Origin: Archaeoglobus sp. JdFR-37 | Lineage (GTDB): Archaea > Halobacteriota > Archaeoglobi > Archaeoglobales > Archaeoglobaceae | Assembly: GCA_002010215.1 (NCBI GenBank) | Contig: MTMY01000004.1 | Span: forward strand, 1 to 64,000 | Direction of reading: 5' to 3' | DNA length: 64,000 bases | Shown here: positions 29,064 to 40,084 of the stretch, piece after piece | How positions within the stretch are numbered: position 1 is the stretch's first letter | How the letters are laid out: every line of letters begins with the position of its first letter | Notes under the pieces: generated by a model | What the model saw: only the letters and a program-made list of their open reading frames with translations | Databases searched by the model: none | Told to the model about the DNA's origin: nothing | Position numbers and translations under genes: made by a program

Positions 29064-29305
29064 TCATCAAATGCTTCCTGATCACTGAGAAAAGCACAGC
29101 AGAACTGGAAAAGAATGTGCTTACGGCTATAGTCGACATCAGAGCGAGAAAGGAGGATATAAAGAGAGATGTGGAGAGGAGGTTTGAGGTAGAGGTTGAA
29201 AAGATAAACACTCTAGTAACCCCAAAGGGTGAAAAAAAGGCCTACATAAAACTCAAGCCTGAATATTCCGCTGAGGAAGTCCTTTCCAAGTTAGGAGTAT
29301 TCTGA
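29060..29305 (+). CDS. rpl23: 50S ribosomal protein L23 (uL23)
   Basis: [20 protein letters not shown]. Confidence 0.96.
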   Translation: MIIKCFLITEKSTAELEKNVLTAIVDIRARKEDIKRDVERRFEVEVEKINTLVTPKGEKKAYIKLKPEYSAEEVLSKLGVF

Positions 29306-29323
29306 TCAATTGAGGTGGTAAAA

Positions 29324-30037
29324 ATGGGTAAGAGGATAATTTCCCAGAACAGGGGGAAAGGGACCCCCACTTACACTGCACCATCCCATAAGTATAAAGC
29401 AGATCTGAGGCACATCAGGTTTCTGAATGAGACGGTTGCTGCCAGAGTAGTTGATATTCAGCACGATACTTCAAGAAATGCACCCATTGCACTTGTCTCG
29501 CTTCCAGATGGGAGTGAGAGCTACATTATAGCAACCGAAGGGATGGGTACAGATGATTTAATTCAGGCTGGTCCTGAAGCTGAGCTGAAGCCCGGCAATA
29601 CAACGTTCCTAGAGAGAATTCCTGAAGGTACGCCAATATGCAACATCGAAGCCCAGCCCGGAGATGGTGGAAAGTTTGCTAGAGCAAGCGGTACTTTCGG
29701 ACTGGTTATTGCCCATGAAGAGGACAGAGTTCTTGTTCAGATGCCTTCAGGCACGCTGAGATGGCTAAATCCGAAATGCAGAGCAACAATAGGTGTGGTT
29801 GCCGGAGGAGGCAGAACAGATAAGCCCTTCGTGAAAGCTGGTAAGAAGTACTATAAGATGAAGAGTAAAGCAGCAAAATGGCCTCGCGTGAGAGGAGTTG
29901 CTATGAATGCCGTCGATCATCCATTCGGTGGTGGAAAGCACCAGCACGTTGGCAAGCCGAAAACTGTCAGCAGAAATGCTCCTCCAGGCAGGAAGGTTGG
30001 AAGTATTGCGGCTCGCAGAACTGGAGTGAGGAAGTGA
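29324..30037 (+). CDS. rpl2: 50S ribosomal protein L2 (uL2)
   Basis: [30 protein letters not shown]. Confidence 0.98.
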   Translation: MGKRIISQNRGKGTPTYTAPSHKYKADLRHIRFLNETVAARVVDIQHDTSRNAPIALVSLPDGSESYIIATEGMGTDDLIQAGPEAELKPGNTTFLERIPEGTPICNIEAQPGDGGKFARASGTFGLVIAHEEDRVLVQMPSGTLRWLNPKCRATIGVVAGGGRTDKPFVKAGKKYYKMKSKAAKWPRVRGVAMNAVDHPFGGGKHQHVGKPKTVSRNAPPGRKVGSIAARRTGVRK

Positions 30038-30041
30038 TAGT

Positions 30042-30443
30042 ATGGCGCTCAAAACGAAGGTTATAAGGCCGAAAGAATTCAGATATCGTGGTTACACACT
30101 TGAAGAGCTCCAGAAAATGAATCTGGAGCAGATAGTAGAGCTTTTGCCTGCGAGAGAGAGGAGAAAGATAAGAAGGGGTTTCACACCTCAGGAAGAAAAG
30201 CTACTGAGAAAGCTCAGGAAGAAAGGGACTGCAAGAACCCACTGCAGGGACATGATTGTGCTTCCAGAGATGGTTGGAAAAGTCGTATTCGTTCACAACG
30301 GCAAAGAATTCGTCAGGGTTGAGATAAAGCCCGAGATGATAGGTCACAGATTAGGAGAGTTTGCATTAACGAGGAGATTCGAGAAGCACAGCGGTCCGGG
30401 TGTCGGAGCCACGAGAAGCAGCAAGTACGTACCGCTCAAATGA
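30042..30443 (+). CDS. rps19: 30S ribosomal protein S19 (uS19)
   Basis: [26 protein letters not shown]. Confidence 0.98.
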   Translation: MALKTKVIRPKEFRYRGYTLEELQKMNLEQIVELLPARERRKIRRGFTPQEEKLLRKLRKKGTARTHCRDMIVLPEMVGKVVFVHNGKEFVRVEIKPEMIGHRLGEFALTRRFEKHSGPGVGATRSSKYVPLK

Positions 30444-30452
30444 GGTGGTTGA

Positions 30453-30914
30453 ATGGCTCGCGTGAACTATGCCTACCAGCCTGAAGATGAAACCAAGGCT
30501 GCAAAAGCCATGGGGTATGAAATGGATATCAGCTTCAAGCACGCCGTTGAAATTTGCAGAGCCATCAAAGGCAGGAAAATTCAGGATGCTATAAGATATC
30601 TAGAAGATGTTGTGGCAATGAAAAAGGTTGTTCCCTTCAAGAAGTACAAGAAAAAGGTGGCTCACAAGAGCAGTCTTGAGAAGTGGTACGCTGGCAGATA
30701 CCCGCAGAAGGCTGCAAAGCACATCCTTAAGATTCTGAAGAATCTCGAGGCAAATGCCGAATACAAGGGTCTGGAGGTGGAGAGGCTGATAATAGTTCAC
30801 GCCCAAGCCAAAAAGGGAAGGGTGCTAAAACGTTATATGCCCCGGGCCTTTGGAAGAGCAACACCCAGGTTCAAACAGCTTACTACAGTTGAGTTCATAG
30901 CAGAGGTGCGTTGA
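30453..30914 (+). CDS. rpl22: 50S ribosomal protein L22 (uL22)
   Basis: ISFKHAVEIC, GRYPQKAA, PRAFGRA. Confidence 0.97.
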   Translation: MARVNYAYQPEDETKAAKAMGYEMDISFKHAVEICRAIKGRKIQDAIRYLEDVVAMKKVVPFKKYKKKVAHKSSLEKWYAGRYPQKAAKHILKILKNLEANAEYKGLEVERLIIVHAQAKKGRVLKRYMPRAFGRATPRFKQLTTVEFIAEVR

Positions 30915-30915
30915 T

Positions 30916-31623
30916 ATGGCTGTAGAGAGGAAATTCGTAACTGAAAGGATAAAGAGAGTAAGAGTAAAGGAGTGGATGATCCAAGAAGTTAGAAATGCTG
31001 GCTTTGGTGGACTGGATATCACAAGAACCCCCCTTGGCACTCAGGTTACGCTCTTCGTTGAAAGGCCTGGCCTGGTGATAGGTAAAGGTGGTAGGCGCAT
31101 CAGACTGCTCACAGAGAGGTTGAAGGAGTTCGGTATCGAGAACCCGCAGGTTAGTGTTGATGAAATCGAAAAGCCAGAGTTCAACGCACAGCTTATGGCC
31201 TCCTTACTCGCAAGAGCCCTCGAGAGAGGATGGTATTTCAGAAAGGCCGGATACAGGTTCCTGTACAGAATAATGGAGGCCGGAGCCAAGGGCTGTGAAA
31301 TAGAGATCAGTGGAAAGCTCACAAGTGAGAGGGCAAGAACGGAAAAATTCATTGCAGGAACCATGGTCCACACAGGCGAGCCTGCCTATTCTGCCGTCAG
31401 AAGAGGTTTCGATGTGGCTATAAAAAAGCTTGGAGTTCTCGGTGTCACAGTTCGTATAATACCGCCTGATGCAGTTCTGCCAGACGAGTTTGAAGTTAAG
31501 GAAGTTGACATCCAAGCAATGAAGGAAGGAGAAGAGGCAAAGGTTGAGGCGAATATAGGAGCTGAGAAATCCGAGAAATCGGAGGGAGAACATGAAAATG
31601 TCGGAGATTCGGGAAATGAGTAG
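30916..31623 (+). CDS. rps3: 30S ribosomal protein S3 (uS3)
   Basis: RPGLVIGKGG (KH domain), GAKGCEIEISGKL. Confidence 0.98.
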   Translation: MAVERKFVTERIKRVRVKEWMIQEVRNAGFGGLDITRTPLGTQVTLFVERPGLVIGKGGRRIRLLTERLKEFGIENPQVSVDEIEKPEFNAQLMASLLARALERGWYFRKAGYRFLYRIMEAGAKGCEIEISGKLTSERARTEKFIAGTMVHTGEPAYSAVRRGFDVAIKKLGVLGVTVRIIPPDAVLPDEFEVKEVDIQAMKEGEEAKVEANIGAEKSEKSEGEHENVGDSGNE

Positions 31624-31789
31624 AGAAGACAAGTTGAAAAAACTGATTGAGCTTGAAAATGAGCTCATCAGACTCAGAACCATGGTCAGAAGCGGTGGAG
31701 CCCTCGAGAACCCCGGAGCCATAAGAACGATAAGGCAAGACATTGCTAGGATAAAAACAGCCCTCAGGGAGGAAGGTTACAGAACATGA
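31592..31789 (+). CDS. rpl29: 50S ribosomal protein L29 (uL29)
   Basis: EIREMS...ENPGAIRTIRQDIARIKT. Confidence 0.95.
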   Translation: MKMSEIREMSREDKLKKLIELENELIRLRTMVRSGGALENPGAIRTIRQDIARIKTALREEGYRT

Positions 31790-32088
31790 AGAGCATGAAG
31801 CCCGAATATATCCTTGCCCACGAATGGATAGGACTGGAAGTTGAGGTTGTGTATAGTCCGAATCAATACGAGGTGGGATTGAAAGGTATCGTGATTAACG
31901 AGACCATGAACACCCTCACTCTCAGAACGGAAGAAGGCTACAAGATTGTGGCAAAAAGAGGCAGAACTTTCAAGGTCAGGTTTAAGGGTTATGTTCTGAG
32001 GGTGAAGGGTGATCTTATAGCCTTCAGACCGGAAGAGAGGATAAAAAGAGGACTGATGCTTATTAAAAAAGCCAAGGGATGGTGGTGA
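31786..32088 (+). CDS. rnp1: ribonuclease P protein component 1 (Rpp29/Pop4)
   Basis: [25 protein letters not shown]; conserved operon position. Confidence 0.93.
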   Translation: MKSMKPEYILAHEWIGLEVEVVYSPNQYEVGLKGIVINETMNTLTLRTEEGYKIVAKRGRTFKVRFKGYVLRVKGDLIAFRPEERIKRGLMLIKKAKGWW

Positions 32089-32089
32089 A

Positions 32090-32413
32090 ATGAGGGATAT
32101 TGGTATTGACGTTAAACCCCCGGAAAAGGAGTGTGATGACAGGCATTGCCCATTTCACGGCAGTCTTCCTGTAAGGGGACAGATATTCAGAGGGAAGGTC
32201 GTGAAAACATATGAGAAGTCTGCAGTAATAGAAAGAGAGATGATTCGATACGTTGCGAAATATGAAAGGTACTTAAAAAAGCGTTCAAAACTTCACGCTC
32301 ACAATCCCTCCTGTATAGATGCCAAGCCAGGAGATGTAGTAACAATTGCAGAGTGCAGACCCATAAGCAAGACGAAATCCTTCGTGATAATTGAGAAGGT
32401 GGGATCAGAATGA
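32090..32413 (+). CDS. rps17: 30S ribosomal protein S17 (uS17)
   Basis: [20 protein letters not shown]. Confidence 0.97.
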   Translation: MRDIGIDVKPPEKECDDRHCPFHGSLPVRGQIFRGKVVKTYEKSAVIEREMIRYVAKYERYLKKRSKLHAHNPSCIDAKPGDVVTIAECRPISKTKSFVIIEKVGSE

Positions 32414-32808
32414 GGACCATCAGAGCTAAAATCCCGAGGTGTCTTCCAACTGGAGCACGTCTGATATGCACAGACAATACAGGAGCTAAAGAGCTTGAAA
32501 TAATCGCAGTTAAGGGATATAAAGGTGTTAGAAGGCGTTATCCGGCTGCAGGCATTGGAGACATAGTGGTAGTGACGGTCAAAAAAGGGACACCTGACAT
32601 CAGGAAGCAGGTGCATTATGCAGTCATCGTGAGGCAGCGCAAGGAATATCGCCGCCCGGATGGAACCCGCGTGAAATTCGAAGACAATGCAGCAGTGATA
32701 ACCGACGATAAAGGCAACCCAAAGGGTTCGGAAATTAGAGGAGCGGTTGCAAGGGAGGCAGCAGAGCGCTTCTCAAAAATAGGCACGCTGGCTGCAGCAA
32801 TAATATGA
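32410..32808 (+). CDS. rpl14: 50S ribosomal protein L14 (uL14)
   Basis: [21 protein letters not shown]. Confidence 0.98.
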   Translation: MRTIRAKIPRCLPTGARLICTDNTGAKELEIIAVKGYKGVRRRYPAAGIGDIVVVTVKKGTPDIRKQVHYAVIVRQRKEYRRPDGTRVKFEDNAAVITDDKGNPKGSEIRGAVAREAAERFSKIGTLAAAII

Positions 32809-32818
32809 GGTGATAGTG

Positions 32819-33172
32819 ATGAAGTCAATTCAGCCCAGAAAGCAGAGGAGATGGCTTTACAGACTGGCAAAGCTCCATGAGAGGCACAAGTTACTCCACG
32901 TAACTCTCTCAAAGGATCTAAGGAAAAAGTACGGAAAGAGAGCAATAAGAGTAAGAAAAGGAGACAAGGTCAGAATAATGCGTGGCGAGTTTGCAGGACA
33001 TGAGGGTAAGGTAATGGAAGTGGATACCAAAAAGGGCATAATAAAAGTGGAGGGCGTTACCGTCACGAAAGCCGATGGGAGTGAAGTATTGCGCCCAATA
33101 CATCCGTCAAACGTCATGATAATTGACCTTGGTGAAGTTGACGATGTTAGAAAGAAGATACTTGAGAGGTGA
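32819..33172 (+). CDS. rpl24: 50S ribosomal protein L24 (uL24)
   Basis: QPRKQR, VRKGDKVRIMRG (KOW), IHPSNV. Confidence 0.97.
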   Translation: MKSIQPRKQRRWLYRLAKLHERHKLLHVTLSKDLRKKYGKRAIRVRKGDKVRIMRGEFAGHEGKVMEVDTKKGIIKVEGVTVTKADGSEVLRPIHPSNVMIIDLGEVDDVRKKILER

Positions 33173-33176
33173 TTGA

Positions 33177-33875
33177 ATGCACCAAAAGAGACTTTCAGCA
33201 CCCAAAACAATCAAGGTTCCCAGAAAGATAAAGAAGTGGATTGTAAAGGCAGCTCCAGGACCTCATGATAAAAACGCAGTCCCTCTGCTGGTGGTGGTAA
33301 GAGACTTCCTCCAGCTCGCAGATACTGCAAGAGAGGCGAGGCGTGTTATTGCTGCTGGCGAGATACGGGTTGATGGAGTCGTCAGAAAAGACTACAAGTT
33401 CCCTGTGGGGCTGTTCGATGTTGTAAGCATCCCTAAAATCGGTAAGAGCTACAGGATGCTTTTTGATGAGAGGGGGCATTACATACCCAAGGAAGTAACG
33501 GATGCAAACCTAAAGCTCTACAAGATTGCCAACAAAACTCTGGTGAGGGGAGGAAAGGTTCAGTTGAACCTCTTTGATGGGTCAAATATCCTTGCTTCCA
33601 ACGAGTACAAGACGAAGGACAGCATTCTGCTCAAGGTTCCTGAAAAGGAGATAGTTGATCACCTGCCATTTGAAGAGGGTGCTCTGGTGATGATTACCGG
33701 TGGTACCCACGCTGGGCAACTTGGCAGGATAAAGAGATACAAGATTGTCAGAGGCTCTGCTCCCAACCTTGTAACAGTTGAGTCTGAAGCTGGCGAGTTC
33801 ACCACAATTATCGACCACATCTTCGTGGTGGGTAAGAAGGGTGAGGAGAAGCCTGTGATTGACCTAGGAGTGTGA
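33177..33875 (+). CDS. rps4e: 30S ribosomal protein S4e (eS4)
   Basis: HQKRLSAP, PGPH, VDGVVRKDYKFPVGLFDV. Confidence 0.97.
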   Translation: MHQKRLSAPKTIKVPRKIKKWIVKAAPGPHDKNAVPLLVVVRDFLQLADTAREARRVIAAGEIRVDGVVRKDYKFPVGLFDVVSIPKIGKSYRMLFDERGHYIPKEVTDANLKLYKIANKTLVRGGKVQLNLFDGSNILASNEYKTKDSILLKVPEKEIVDHLPFEEGALVMITGGTHAGQLGRIKRYKIVRGSAPNLVTVESEAGEFTTIIDHIFVVGKKGEEKPVIDLGV

Positions 33876-33879
33876 TAGT

Positions 33880-34401
33880 ATGAGCGATGGCAGCAACTCC
33901 GCTAATCCAATGAGAGAAGTGGTCGTTGATAAAGTCGTGGTGAATATTGGAGTTGGCGAGGGAGGAGAGAGACAGAAAAAGGCTCTCCAGCTCATCGAAG
34001 AACTCACAGGCCAAGCACCCACCACCACATACGCTACTCAGACAATAAGAAACTTTGGAATAAGAAAGGGAGAAGGTATCGGAGCGAAGGTCACGCTCAG
34101 AGGAGAGAGAGCTCTTGAGTTCCTGAAAAGGGCTCTAGTTGTTAAAGAAAACAGGCTGAGTAGGAAGCAGATAGGAAATGGTGAATTCTCCTTTGGCATA
34201 GCTGAGCACATCGATCTGCCTGGCGTTGAGTATGACCCAGACATGGGAATATTCGGAATGGACGTTTCAGTAGTGCTCAAGAGGAGAGGTTACAGAGTGG
34301 CAAGAAGAAGGAGATGTAAGAGCAAGATTGGTAAGAATCATCGCGTCACTAAAGAGGATACTATAGAATTTTTGAAATCACTTGGCGTGGAGGTTGAATG
34401 A
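33880..34401 (+). CDS. rpl5: 50S ribosomal protein L5 (uL5)
   Basis: NPMR...[26 protein letters not shown]. Confidence 0.97.
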   Translation: MSDGSNSANPMREVVVDKVVVNIGVGEGGERQKKALQLIEELTGQAPTTTYATQTIRNFGIRKGEGIGAKVTLRGERALEFLKRALVVKENRLSRKQIGNGEFSFGIAEHIDLPGVEYDPDMGIFGMDVSVVLKRRGYRVARRRRCKSKIGKNHRVTKEDTIEFLKSLGVEVE

Positions 34402-34556
34402 TTATGGCTGAAAGAAGTAAGAAGTTCGGAAGAGGGGCAAACGAATGCTGGAGATGTGGCAGAAAACAGGGGCTGATTAGGAAATACGGCCTCTACATCT
34501 GTAGGCAGTGTTTCAGAGAGGTTGCCAGCGAGCTTGGCTTTAAAAAATACTGGTAG
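34398..34556 (+). CDS. rps14: 30S ribosomal protein S14 (uS14, Zn-binding)
   Basis: Manual translation [52 protein letters not shown]; not in the ORF track; start may be 34404. Confidence 0.96.
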   Translation: MIMAERSKKFGRGANECWRCGRKQGLIRKYGLYICRQCFREVASELGFKKYW

Positions 34557-34566
34557 GTGATCAGGA

Positions 34567-34959
34567 ATGAGTCTTAGCGATACACTCTCAAATGCCATGA
34601 TGGTGATCAAGAATGCTGAATACAGTGGTAAGAGTATCTGCGAGATAAAACCAGCCTCAAAGCTGGTAGGAGCTGTGCTCAGAGTCATGAAGGAGCACGG
34701 CTATATCAGAGGTTTTGAAGTGATAAACGACCACAGAGGTGGCAAGATTGTTGTAGAGCTTGCCGGAAGGATAAATGACTGTGGAGCTGTCAGACCACGC
34801 TTCTCCGTTAAGAAGACAGATTACGAGGGTTTCGAGAAACGCTACCTCCCTGCAAGAGATTTCGGGATACTGGTCGTTTCAACTGTTGAGGGAGTAATGT
34901 CCCAGAAAGAGGCTATGGAAAGGGGTCTCGGCGGAGTTTTGCTTGCTTATGTCTACTGA
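34567..34959 (+). CDS. rps8: 30S ribosomal protein S8 (uS8)
   Basis: [27 protein letters not shown]. Confidence 0.97.
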   Translation: MSLSDTLSNAMMVIKNAEYSGKSICEIKPASKLVGAVLRVMKEHGYIRGFEVINDHRGGKIVVELAGRINDCGAVRPRFSVKKTDYEGFEKRYLPARDFGILVVSTVEGVMSQKEAMERGLGGVLLAYVY

Positions 34960-34981
34960 GGTGTTGACTGAGGTGTTTACT

Positions 34982-35518
34982 ATGGAAGAGAGGCTGGTTG
35001 AGATTCCAGAGGGCGTTGAAATAAACATCGAGGGAGATGCAGTTAACGGGTACACTATCAGCGTTAAAGGGCCCAAAGGAGAGAACACGAGGAAGCTGAA
35101 GTTCAGAGGGGTTAATATCGATAAAGTTGATGGGGCAGTGAAGGTTTATACCACTGAGAAGAACGCAAAGGTTAGGGCAATGGTGGGCACATTCGCTTCA
35201 CACATTAACAACCTGATGAAGGGAGTTAAGGATGGCTTCGAGTACAAGCTGAAAATTCTCTACTCTCACTTCCCCATGAAGGTCAGGGTTGAGGGTAAAG
35301 AAGTTATTGTGGAGAACTTTCTTGGAGAGAAACATCCAAGAAGGGCCAGAATAGTTGGACGAGCAGAGGTTAAGGTTCAGGGTAACGAAATAATCGTTAC
35401 AGGGATAGATAAAGAAGAATGCGGCCAGACAGCAGCAAATCTCGAGCAACTGACCAAGATAAAGAACTTGGATGTCAGAGTATTTCAAGATGGTATCTAT
35501 ATTGTGGAGAAACCGTAA
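34982..35518 (+). CDS. rpl6: 50S ribosomal protein L6 (uL6)
   Basis: [28 protein letters not shown]. Confidence 0.97.
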   Translation: MEERLVEIPEGVEINIEGDAVNGYTISVKGPKGENTRKLKFRGVNIDKVDGAVKVYTTEKNAKVRAMVGTFASHINNLMKGVKDGFEYKLKILYSHFPMKVRVEGKEVIVENFLGEKHPRRARIVGRAEVKVQGNEIIVTGIDKEECGQTAANLEQLTKIKNLDVRVFQDGIYIVEKP

Positions 35519-35530
35519 AGGGTGGTTGTA

Positions 35531-35956
35531 ATGGAGGAGACAAAGGTTGAAGCAAAGATAAAACCCCAGCTTGATCAGGATGCACGAAGACTCCTGAAGG
35601 TCAGGAGGAGGCTTAAAGATAGAAAGCCCGAATTCAGGAGATATGAAGCTCATAAAAAATTAAGATTACGGGATAAAAGCTGGAGGAGACCCAGGGGTCT
35701 CGACAACAAGCTCAGGAAAAGGTACGGCGGAAGGAAGATTGTCTGCGCAGGGTATGGCAGTCCAAAGGCTGTGAGAGGCTTGCATGCCAGTGGATTCCAG
35801 GAAGTGCTTGTCTCAACACCCTCTCAGCTTGAAGGGCTGGATGCAGCAATACACGCCGTCAGAATAGCTTCAACGGTTGGCCTGAAGAAGAGGCTGGTAA
35901 TTGAGGAGAAGGCAAAGGAGAAAGGATTGCTCATCCTCAATCCGATTCAAAGGTGA
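35531..35956 (+). CDS. rpl32e: 50S ribosomal protein L32e (eL32)
   Basis: KPEFRR, WRRPRG.DNK.R, GYGSP...RGLH.SG. Confidence 0.96.
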   Translation: MEETKVEAKIKPQLDQDARRLLKVRRRLKDRKPEFRRYEAHKKLRLRDKSWRRPRGLDNKLRKRYGGRKIVCAGYGSPKAVRGLHASGFQEVLVSTPSQLEGLDAAIHAVRIASTVGLKKRLVIEEKAKEKGLLILNPIQR

Positions 35957-35961
35957 TTGTC

Positions 35962-36408
35962 ATGGATTTAAGATTTCAGCGTAAAATTGCAGCAACTCTG
36001 CTGGATTGTGGTGAGAATAGGGTGTGGATGGATCCGACAGCCCTTGAAGATATAGCAGCGGCTGTCACAAAAGAAGACGTGAGAGAACTGATAGAACAGG
36101 GTCTGATAAAGAGGAGGCCCGAAAAGGGCATCAGCAGAGCCAGAATAAATAGAAGAAAGGCTCAGAGGAGAAAGGGTAGAAGGAGAGGACACGGAAGGAG
36201 AAAGGGTAGAAAAGGTGCAAGAATGTCTAAAAAAGAACTCTGGATGAGAAGAATTAGACCCATCAGAAGAAGGCTGAAGTACCTGAGGGATTCTGGAATC
36301 ATCGACAGGAGAACATATAGAGTCCTCTATAGAAAGGCGAAAGGTGGGGAATTCAGAAGTGTTGCTCATCTTAACTCTTACCTGGAGAGCCAGGGTATAA
36401 TGGGGTGA
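35962..36408 (+). CDS. rpl19e: 50S ribosomal protein L19e (eL19)
   Basis: CGENRVWMDP, GRRRGHGRRKG, YRKAKGG. Confidence 0.97.
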   Translation: MDLRFQRKIAATLLDCGENRVWMDPTALEDIAAAVTKEDVRELIEQGLIKRRPEKGISRARINRRKAQRRKGRRRGHGRRKGRKGARMSKKELWMRRIRPIRRRLKYLRDSGIIDRRTYRVLYRKAKGGEFRSVAHLNSYLESQGIMG

Positions 36409-36414
36409 TACCAG

Positions 36415-36972
36415 ATGGCAAGAGGTCCAAGATATAGAGTTCCATTCAGAAGAAGAAGGGAGGGTAAAACCAATTACAGAAAGAGGCTCAGGCTTCTGCT
36501 TTCAAGAAAGCCTAGGCTGGTTGTCAGAGTGACTAATACCAGAGTAATCACACAGATTGCCCAGTACAGTCCTGAAGGAGATAAGATACTTGTTTCAGCA
36601 GATTCCAAGGAGCTGGAGAAGTTTGGCTGGAAAGGAGATCTAAACAATACACCTGCAGCCTACCTTACAGGGCTTTTGATAGCAAAGAAGGCACTGGAGA
36701 AGGGTGTAGATGAGGCAGTGCTGGATATAGGCCTCCATTCCCCAACAAGAGGTGGAAGGGTGTTTGCAGTGCTGAGAGGTGCTGTGGAAGGAGGTCTGAA
36801 CATCCCCCATAGCCCAGAAGTATTTCCAGATGATGATCGCATAAGGGGTGAACACATAGCCAGCTATTATGAAATGAATCCTGAAATGTTTAAAGATTAT
36901 GAGAAGAGGGGTTTGAAGCCCTCTGAGCTCCCATCTCACGTTGATGAGATAAAGGAGAAAATACTGGGGTGA
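36415..36972 (+). CDS. rpl18: 50S ribosomal protein L18 (uL18)
   Basis: [29 protein letters not shown]. Confidence 0.97.
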   Translation: MARGPRYRVPFRRRREGKTNYRKRLRLLLSRKPRLVVRVTNTRVITQIAQYSPEGDKILVSADSKELEKFGWKGDLNNTPAAYLTGLLIAKKALEKGVDEAVLDIGLHSPTRGGRVFAVLRGAVEGGLNIPHSPEVFPDDDRIRGEHIASYYEMNPEMFKDYEKRGLKPSELPSHVDEIKEKILG

Positions 36973-36976
36973 GGAA

Positions 36977-37573
36977 ATGCTGGAGGAGTGGGTTCCAAGA
37001 ACCAGACTGGGAAAGCTGGTAGCAGAGGGGAAAGTCAAGACCATGGATGAAGCCATAGCCAGTGGTCTTCCCATCAAAGAACCTGAAATGATCGATATAC
37101 TTCTTCCCAATCTGCAGGATGAGGTGCTGGAGATAAGCATGGTGCAGAGGATGACAGACAGCGGAAGGAGGACGAAGTTCAGAGTTACAGCAGTTGTGGG
37201 CAATAGGGATGGTTATGTTGGCATAGGAGTTGGTAAAGCCTCACAGGTGGCTCCAGCCATACAGAAGGCAATAAATAATGCCAAAATAAACATTTTCAAG
37301 GTTCAGAGAGGTTGCGGCTCATGGGAATGTGGTTGTGGTGGCAACCATTCCCTGCCAGTTAAGGTAACCGGTAGTGCTGGAAGTGTTAGAGTTACGCTGA
37401 TTCCCGGCCCCAAAGGTCTCGGTCTTGTTGCAGGAGATGTGGCCAAGAAGGTGCTGGAGCTCGCAGGCGTCAGTGACGTCTGGACATTTACAAGGGGTAA
37501 TACAAGAACAACCATCAACTTCGCTAGAGCTACCTTTGATGCCCTGAAGCAGACAATGTACGTTAAGAGGTGA
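36977..37573 (+). CDS. rps5: 30S ribosomal protein S5 (uS5)
   Basis: [26 protein letters not shown]. Confidence 0.97.
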   Translation: MLEEWVPRTRLGKLVAEGKVKTMDEAIASGLPIKEPEMIDILLPNLQDEVLEISMVQRMTDSGRRTKFRVTAVVGNRDGYVGIGVGKASQVAPAIQKAINNAKINIFKVQRGCGSWECGCGGNHSLPVKVTGSAGSVRVTLIPGPKGLGLVAGDVAKKVLELAGVSDVWTFTRGNTRTTINFARATFDALKQTMYVKR

Positions 37574-38040
37574 TGCGGATGTTCGCAGTTGTAAGGCTGA
37601 GAGGAACTGTAAACGTAAGTAGAAAGATAAAGGATACACTCTCCATGCTCAGACTCCACAAAAGATATCACTGCGTTATAGTCCCCGATACCCCTTCCTA
37701 CAGGGGCATGTTGAATATCGTGAAGGACTATGTGGCTTTCGGAGAGATTGACGCTGAAACATTGGCAACAATCCTTAAGCTGAGAGGTAGGCTGGTTGGC
37801 AACAAACCCCTGACTGATGACTACATCAAGGAAAAAACAGGATATGAGAGCATAGAAGAATTTGCAAAGGCAGTTGTTGAAGGTAAAGCAAGTCTTAAAG
37901 ACTTACCGGACCTCAAACCGGTGTTCAGGCTTCATCCTCCAAGAGGTGGGCTTAAAAACATAAAATGGCACCACGCTGCTGGAGGTGAGCTGGGTTACCA
38001 GGGCAAGGATATCAACAAGCTGATTTACAAAATGAGGTGA
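37573..38040 (+). CDS. rpl30: 50S ribosomal protein L30 (uL30)
   Basis: [24 protein letters not shown]. Confidence 0.96.
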   Translation: MRMFAVVRLRGTVNVSRKIKDTLSMLRLHKRYHCVIVPDTPSYRGMLNIVKDYVAFGEIDAETLATILKLRGRLVGNKPLTDDYIKEKTGYESIEEFAKAVVEGKASLKDLPDLKPVFRLHPPRGGLKNIKWHHAAGGELGYQGKDINKLIYKMR

Positions 38041-38046
38041 GGGTCA

Positions 38047-38583
38047 ATGCCAAAAAAAAGGATTAAGAAGATTAGAGGCTCAAGAACCTGTGGTGGCGGC
38101 AGTCATAAAAAGAGGAGAGGCGCCGGTCACAGGGGCGGTAGAGGAAACGCAGGAGTGCACAAGCACAAATACATCAAGTTCCTGAAGTTGGCAAAAGAAG
38201 GAAAATATGAATTTGGGAAGCATGGCTTTACTAGGCCAAGAATCCTTACGGCAGAATATCTGCTTGAGAAGGATCTGAAAGAAGTCCTGAGAGAACTCAA
38301 GGAGAACGGAAAGCTTGATGAATATGCCTATAAGTACTTCCTCTCAAGAAGGGATTTAAATGTTGGTGACCTTGACGCAATAGCAGATAAACTTGTGGAG
38401 TTGGGTATTGCATCTAAAGAAGGAGATATTTACAACATAGATCTTGCCCAGCTTGGTTACCAGAAACTCTTGGGCTCTGGCAGAGTATCAAAGGCTCTGC
38501 AGGTTAAAGTACCATACGCAACACCCAATGCAGTTGCAAAGATTGAGGAAGCTGGAGGAAGCGTGATCACAGAATTTGAATAA
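38047..38583 (+). CDS. rpl15: 50S ribosomal protein L15 (uL15)
   Basis: RGSRTCGGG..K.RRGAG.RGGRG.AG, FGKHGF, KLLG.G, KIEEAGG. Confidence 0.96.
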   Translation: MPKKRIKKIRGSRTCGGGSHKKRRGAGHRGGRGNAGVHKHKYIKFLKLAKEGKYEFGKHGFTRPRILTAEYLLEKDLKEVLRELKENGKLDEYAYKYFLSRRDLNVGDLDAIADKLVELGIASKEGDIYNIDLAQLGYQKLLGSGRVSKALQVKVPYATPNAVAKIEEAGGSVITEFE

Positions 38584-38608
38584 TCCCTAATTTTTGGAGG
38601 AAGGAAAA

Positions 38609-40084
38609 ATGGAAAGCGTGCTGAGAAGTCTACAACCCTACTTTGAAAGAATACCAAGTGTCGAGAGGCCAAAGAGCCACATCCCTTTTAAGGAAAAATT
38701 TGCCTGGACTCTCGGCATACTCATCCTCTACTTCGTACTCTCCAATGTTCCGGTTTTTGGCCTCTCGCCGGAATCCATTGATATTTTCCAGCAATATAGA
38801 GCTTTTTTTGCCGGAGCAACAGGTTCGATTATTGCCTTAGGTATAGGCCCAATCGTTACAGCTTCAATTATCCTCCAGCTCCTCGTTGGTGCAGGTGTTA
38901 TAAAGTTAGATTTGACGAATCCTGATGATAGGGCTGCATATCAAGACTTTCAGAGGTTTCTTGTTATAGTCATGATCGCAGTTGAGGCTATCCCCCAGGT
39001 TCTTGGAGGTTTTCTGCTTCCAAATCCTGAAGTTGCTCAGATGCTTGGTGTATCTCTCTCAACTATTTCATTTCTCATATTCTTCCAACTTTTCATAGGT
39101 GGTCTTCTCATAGTCTACATGGATGAGGTTGTCTCTAAATGGGGTATTGGCAGTGGTGTGTCGTTATTCATTCTCGCTGGGATTTCCCAATCAATTATAA
39201 CTGGTTTGTTCAACTGGGTTGTACCGCCAAATTCTACAATGCCACCGGGCATAATACCCAGATGGGTCTGGATAGCCCAGAACTATCCCACACAGCAACT
39301 ACTTTCAGCAGATGGTCTGGCATTCCTCCTGATACAGGGAGGAGTTCTGGCTTTAATAACCACCATCGTCATAATCCTGCTTGTCGTTTACGCAGAGGGT
39401 ACTCGTGTGGAAATACCTCTCGCCCACTCTCTGGTTAGAGGTGCAAGGGGCAGATTCCCGATAAAGCTCATTTATGCAAGTGTTCTGCCAATGATATTCG
39501 TCAGGGCTCTGCAGGCGAACATCCAAATAATGGGAATGATACTGTATCAGCGTGGAATAACGTTTTTAGGAGAATATGAAGGCTCTCAACCTATAAACGG
39601 TCTAATGTACCTTCTTTCACCCATCAGAAGTCCCATGGACTGGATACCATCGCTAGTTAAGGCCAATCCTATCTATGCCGATCTGCCAGATTGGATGATC
39701 ATTCTGCATTTCCTGACAGATGCTACAATACTCATAGTAGGAGGCGTTCTCTTCTCCATATTCTGGGTGCAGACATCCGGAATGGATGCAAGGACTGTGG
39801 CCAACCAGATAGCCCGCTCTGGAATGCAGGTGCCAGGATTCAGAAAGAGTCCACAGGTTCTGGAGAGGGTTCTGCAGAGATACATACCCAAGGTGTCGGT
39901 GCTTGGAGGTGCCGCAATAGGCGCACTGACGCTTATAGCGAACATGCTGGGAACAATAGGTAATGTAAGCGGAACAGGGCTCCTCTTAGCAGTCAGCATC
40001 GCCTACAGATTCTATCAAGATCTGGCGAAAGAGCAGATAACCGAAATGCACCCGATGCTTAGAAGGTTCCTAGGTGAGGAGTAA
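38609..40084 (+). CDS. secY: preprotein translocase subunit SecY
   Basis: LGIGPIVTASIILQLL, KWGIGSGVSLFI, PIKLIY.S..P, GTGLLL.V.I. Confidence 0.98.
   Translation: MESVLRSLQPYFERIPSVERPKSHIPFKEKFAWTLGILILYFVLSNVPVFGLSPESIDIFQQYRAFFAGATGSIIALGIGPIVTASIILQLLVGAGVIKLDLTNPDDRAAYQDFQRFLVIVMIAVEAIPQVLGGFLLPNPEVAQMLGVSLSTISFLIFFQLFIGGLLIVYMDEVVSKWGIGSGVSLFILAGISQSIITGLFNWVVPPNSTMPPGIIPRWVWIAQNYPTQQLLSADGLAFLLIQGGVLALITTIVIILLVVYAEGTRVEIPLAHSLVRGARGRFPIKLIYASVLPMIFVRALQANIQIMGMILYQRGITFLGEYEGSQPINGLMYLLSPIRSPMDWIPSLVKANPIYADLPDWMIILHFLTDATILIVGGVLFSIFWVQTSGMDARTVANQIARSGMQVPGFRKSPQVLERVLQRYIPKVSVLGGAAIGALTLIANMLGTIGNVSGTGLLLAVSIAYRFYQDLAKEQITEMHPMLRRFLGEE

Noticed and set aside
38047..38583. Internal insertion making uL15 178 aa
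   Set aside because: As recalled, long uL15 is normal for Archaeoglobales; not treated as novel
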